A stretch of DNA of 64,000 bases from a plasmid: sequence record NZ_CP104760.1. The stretch is one strand, 5' to 3'. Positions within the stretch are counted from its first letter, which is position 1. The number at the start of each line of letters is the position of its first letter. A program made the translations under genes and the position numbers. A model generated the notes under the pieces. That model saw nothing but the letters and a program-made list of their open reading frames with translations. It was not told the DNA's origin and searched no databases. Below are positions 61,995 through 64,000 of the stretch, piece by piece.

Positions 61995-63202
61995 AGGTTT
62001 ACCTTCTCAAGAATAAAATTATAATATCTTTTACGCCTTTTTTAGATGTTGCGATAAAAATATATGTTGAAGAAGGTATGGTTTTTTCAGATATTTATCA
62101 TGGTAGAGTTGTTCACTCTCGCGAGACAGATTGTGGGATACCTCTCTTTAATGTAGATGTGATGGGAAGAAATGCTGTAAACCATTTGATATACCTTCTT
62201 GGACGTCAGCCTGACGATGAGCTGATATATCAACTGCGATACGTTGACGCACAGGTTGAACTTTTTAATTCTTTGGCAGCGAGCCGGGCATTGACAGAGT
62301 TATATAGTGATTGCCCTAATTTGGCCTGGATAATAGTAATGAAAAATTACTATTCTGTAGGGTCCCATGTATATGAGTACCTTTCTAGAATGAAGAGGCG
62401 AAACTTATTATTCTTCTTGAATGATATCGAGCCTTCAGAGCGCCGTGTCAGGGTTCTTAAAAAGACCACTTTACTTTCCGGACGCAGAGAAGAACTCAGA
62501 TGGTTGATTCACTGTATGCGTAATGATGACATCCTTGATGCATATAAGCATCATCACTCAATGACATTACAAGAGCTTTATCTTTCTTTACGATATAGGA
62601 TTCTTGCGGGATCAACGCTTTTAAAATCAATTTCTAGCCAAAGAAAGCCATTCCTAAGGGATTATAAAGCTGGAATGTGCTCGCTTCAGCATATTGTGAA
62701 GGACAGTATTAGAGTTGGAGAAAATATAGGCATAAAAAAAGCGTCTAATATAGTATTGGAATGCAGGAGCAAAGAAGACGTTAGATCTTTACATGATGAA
62801 TGGTCTAAGAGGCTACTGGAAACTACTCGGTTTTTGAAACAGGATATTTATTTTGAAGAGCCTAGCCTTACTCCTGAAGAAGGCATAACCTTCATAAATT
62901 CTGTTAATGCTTTGATAGCTGAAGGTAGAGATATGAAACATTGCGTGGCCTCTTACAAGGCGAGAGTAATGGCTGGAGAATCCTATATATATTCTGTCAT
63001 AACCCCTTGGGGAGTAAGAGCCACTGTAGAGCTTGGATTATTAAAAGGGGTATATGTTCCTCTTCAGATAAAGGGAAAAGAAAATCGTAATTTAGATAAT
63101 TTTTCTTTAAACTATATTCGGACTTGGCTCGATAATGAAAATAAAAAGTTGAAAGCTTCTCTTATTTATTATTCACAATTCCATACGGAGAAAAGCGCAT
63201 AG
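61991..63202 (+). CDS. PcfJ-like protein (403 aa), mobile-element-associated, unknown function
   Basis: C-terminal block EGRDMKHCVASYKARVMAGESYIYSV matches the conserved core of the PcfJ-like domain family as recalled. Low GC, translationally coupled to the upstream ORF. Confidence 0.55.
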   Translation: MKVYLLKNKIIISFTPFLDVAIKIYVEEGMVFSDIYHGRVVHSRETDCGIPLFNVDVMGRNAVNHLIYLLGRQPDDELIYQLRYVDAQVELFNSLAASRALTELYSDCPNLAWIIVMKNYYSVGSHVYEYLSRMKRRNLLFFLNDIEPSERRVRVLKKTTLLSGRREELRWLIHCMRNDDILDAYKHHHSMTLQELYLSLRYRILAGSTLLKSISSQRKPFLRDYKAGMCSLQHIVKDSIRVGENIGIKKASNIVLECRSKEDVRSLHDEWSKRLLETTRFLKQDIYFEEPSLTPEEGITFINSVNALIAEGRDMKHCVASYKARVMAGESYIYSVITPWGVRATVELGLLKGVYVPLQIKGKENRNLDNFSLNYIRTWLDNENKKLKASLIYYSQFHTEKSA

Positions 63203-63330
63203 ACGCGTGGCAGCTGCTGCTCAGCGCGGGGCGCAACGACTGGCTTATTTCGGCCGTGACCTCAGAGTTGACTGACTCCGCCAATGGTTTACTCTGCGTA
63301 CCTTCATACGGATAGGCAGAGGAGAGGATC

Positions 63331-64000
63331 ATGGACGAGCTGAAGAAAAAGTTTGAGGTGGCGGAGAAGGGGATCTCCGTTCTGACAAAAGCCTCCTTAG
63401 GATTAGGGAGCGCGATTTTCCTGATTTACTGCATGATGAACGGCGGTTTTCCCGACGGGCTCTCACTGTCGGACAGCCTTCGCATACTTTATATTTTCAC
63501 AGTGTTTTCTGCAGGTACGCTCGTCTTTTATTTCTTTCTGATGTGTCTAGGTCTGTCCATCTGCCACCTGGTTTTTCGGCTGACAGGTTACTCTTTGATA
63601 GAACAGATCCTACTCAGGATGTCAGACACAGGCTACACTTCAGGGCAGCGCATGAGGGCGTTGCGCAAAGGTCCCTCTGAGTTTTACCGGACCCAGAAAA
63701 GAGAACGTCAATTTATTCATCACGTGGTTTTCCCGCCCATTGCCACTATTTTTCACAGTATTTCGGTATTTACCGTTATTTTAATTATTACTCAGGTTCA
63801 TCATGACCAGCTGCTGTGGTACTTCCGCCTTGTCATATCGGCTGTAGGGCTGGCAGTGTGGTTTGTCATACTGGACTTCAACCGGCAGCGTCGGGGGCAG
63901 CTTAAGTTTGTTCTGCCCGGAGAACATGCAGTGGAGAGGGCAGAGAAGGATATCAGAACAGGTAATATGATCCTTTCAATTGCTATACCGCTTGTCGTGA
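63331..64000 (+). CDS. Polytopic membrane protein of unknown function, 3'-truncated by window edge
   Basis: ATG 63331 with GGAGAGG RBS. Open frame to base 64000 (223 codons, no stop) and at least 4 predicted TM segments. Not in the ORF track because no stop lies in the window. Confidence 0.55.
   Translation, partial: MDELKKKFEVAEKGISVLTKASLGLGSAIFLIYCMMNGGFPDGLSLSDSLRILYIFTVFSAGTLVFYFFLMCLGLSICHLVFRLTGYSLIEQILLRMSDTGYTSGQRMRALRKGPSEFYRTQKRERQFIHHVVFPPIATIFHSISVFTVILIITQVHHDQLLWYFRLVISAVGLAVWFVILDFNRQRRGQLKFVLPGEHAVERAEKDIRTGNMILSIAIPLVV

Overview
High-GC (~57%) chromosomal segment of an Enterobacterales-type genome, possibly Erwiniaceae/Enterobacteriaceae. It is densely coding. Long AT-rich intergenic spacers recur in the accessory stretches (~30.2-33.0, 41.3-42.05, 47.3-48.0, 56.9-57.6 and 60.2-63.3 kb). 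In order the window contains: (1) a hydroxyproline-type catabolic module (aldehyde dehydrogenase, proline-racemase-family enzyme, GntR regulator, two SDRs); (2) a membrane PQQ glucose-dehydrogenase-family enzyme (Gcd); (3) a tight seven-gene minus-strand operon (two family-3 SBPs, ABC ATPase, permease, GNAT acetyltransferase, NtaA/SnaA-type and luciferase-like flavin monooxygenases) that matches the architecture of the B. subtilis ytmI/snaA S-alkylcysteine salvage operon; (4) a complete aerobactin locus iucABCD-iutA with a tandem Fur-box array, a divergent ShiF-like MFS transporter and a siderophore-interacting FAD reductase; (5) a PTS EIICB(Glc/Mal family) gene and LacI regulator preceded by a striking palindrome/direct-repeat operator candidate; (6) an SdaC-like HAAAP transporter; (7) a stand-alone ferric-reductase/NOX-like membrane flavocytochrome-type gene bracketed by AT-rich DNA and terminators; (8) an MHS transporter, IclR regulator, PuuB-like FAD oxidase and hydantoinase A/B pair (uncharacterised cyclic-amide catabolic module); (9) two paralogous three-subunit membrane flavoprotein-cytochrome c dehydrogenases (gluconate/2-ketogluconate dehydrogenase type), one with a LacI regulator, MFS sugar porter and sugar-phosphate isomerase, which together with Gcd suggest a periplasmic glucose->gluconate->ketogluconate oxidation route; (10) a ZIP metal transporter; (11) a PitA-PPK2 operon behind a near-consensus Pho box; (12) at the 3' end a 1.4-kb ORF-free segment followed by a low-GC (~36%) two-gene cassette (small membrane coiled-coil protein plus PcfJ-like protein) with its own strong sigma70 promoter, then a truncated unknown membrane protein. 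Item (12) is the best candidate for a horizontally acquired, undescribed (defence/anti-defence or mobile-element) system. No rRNA, tRNA, CRISPR or intact IS element was seen.
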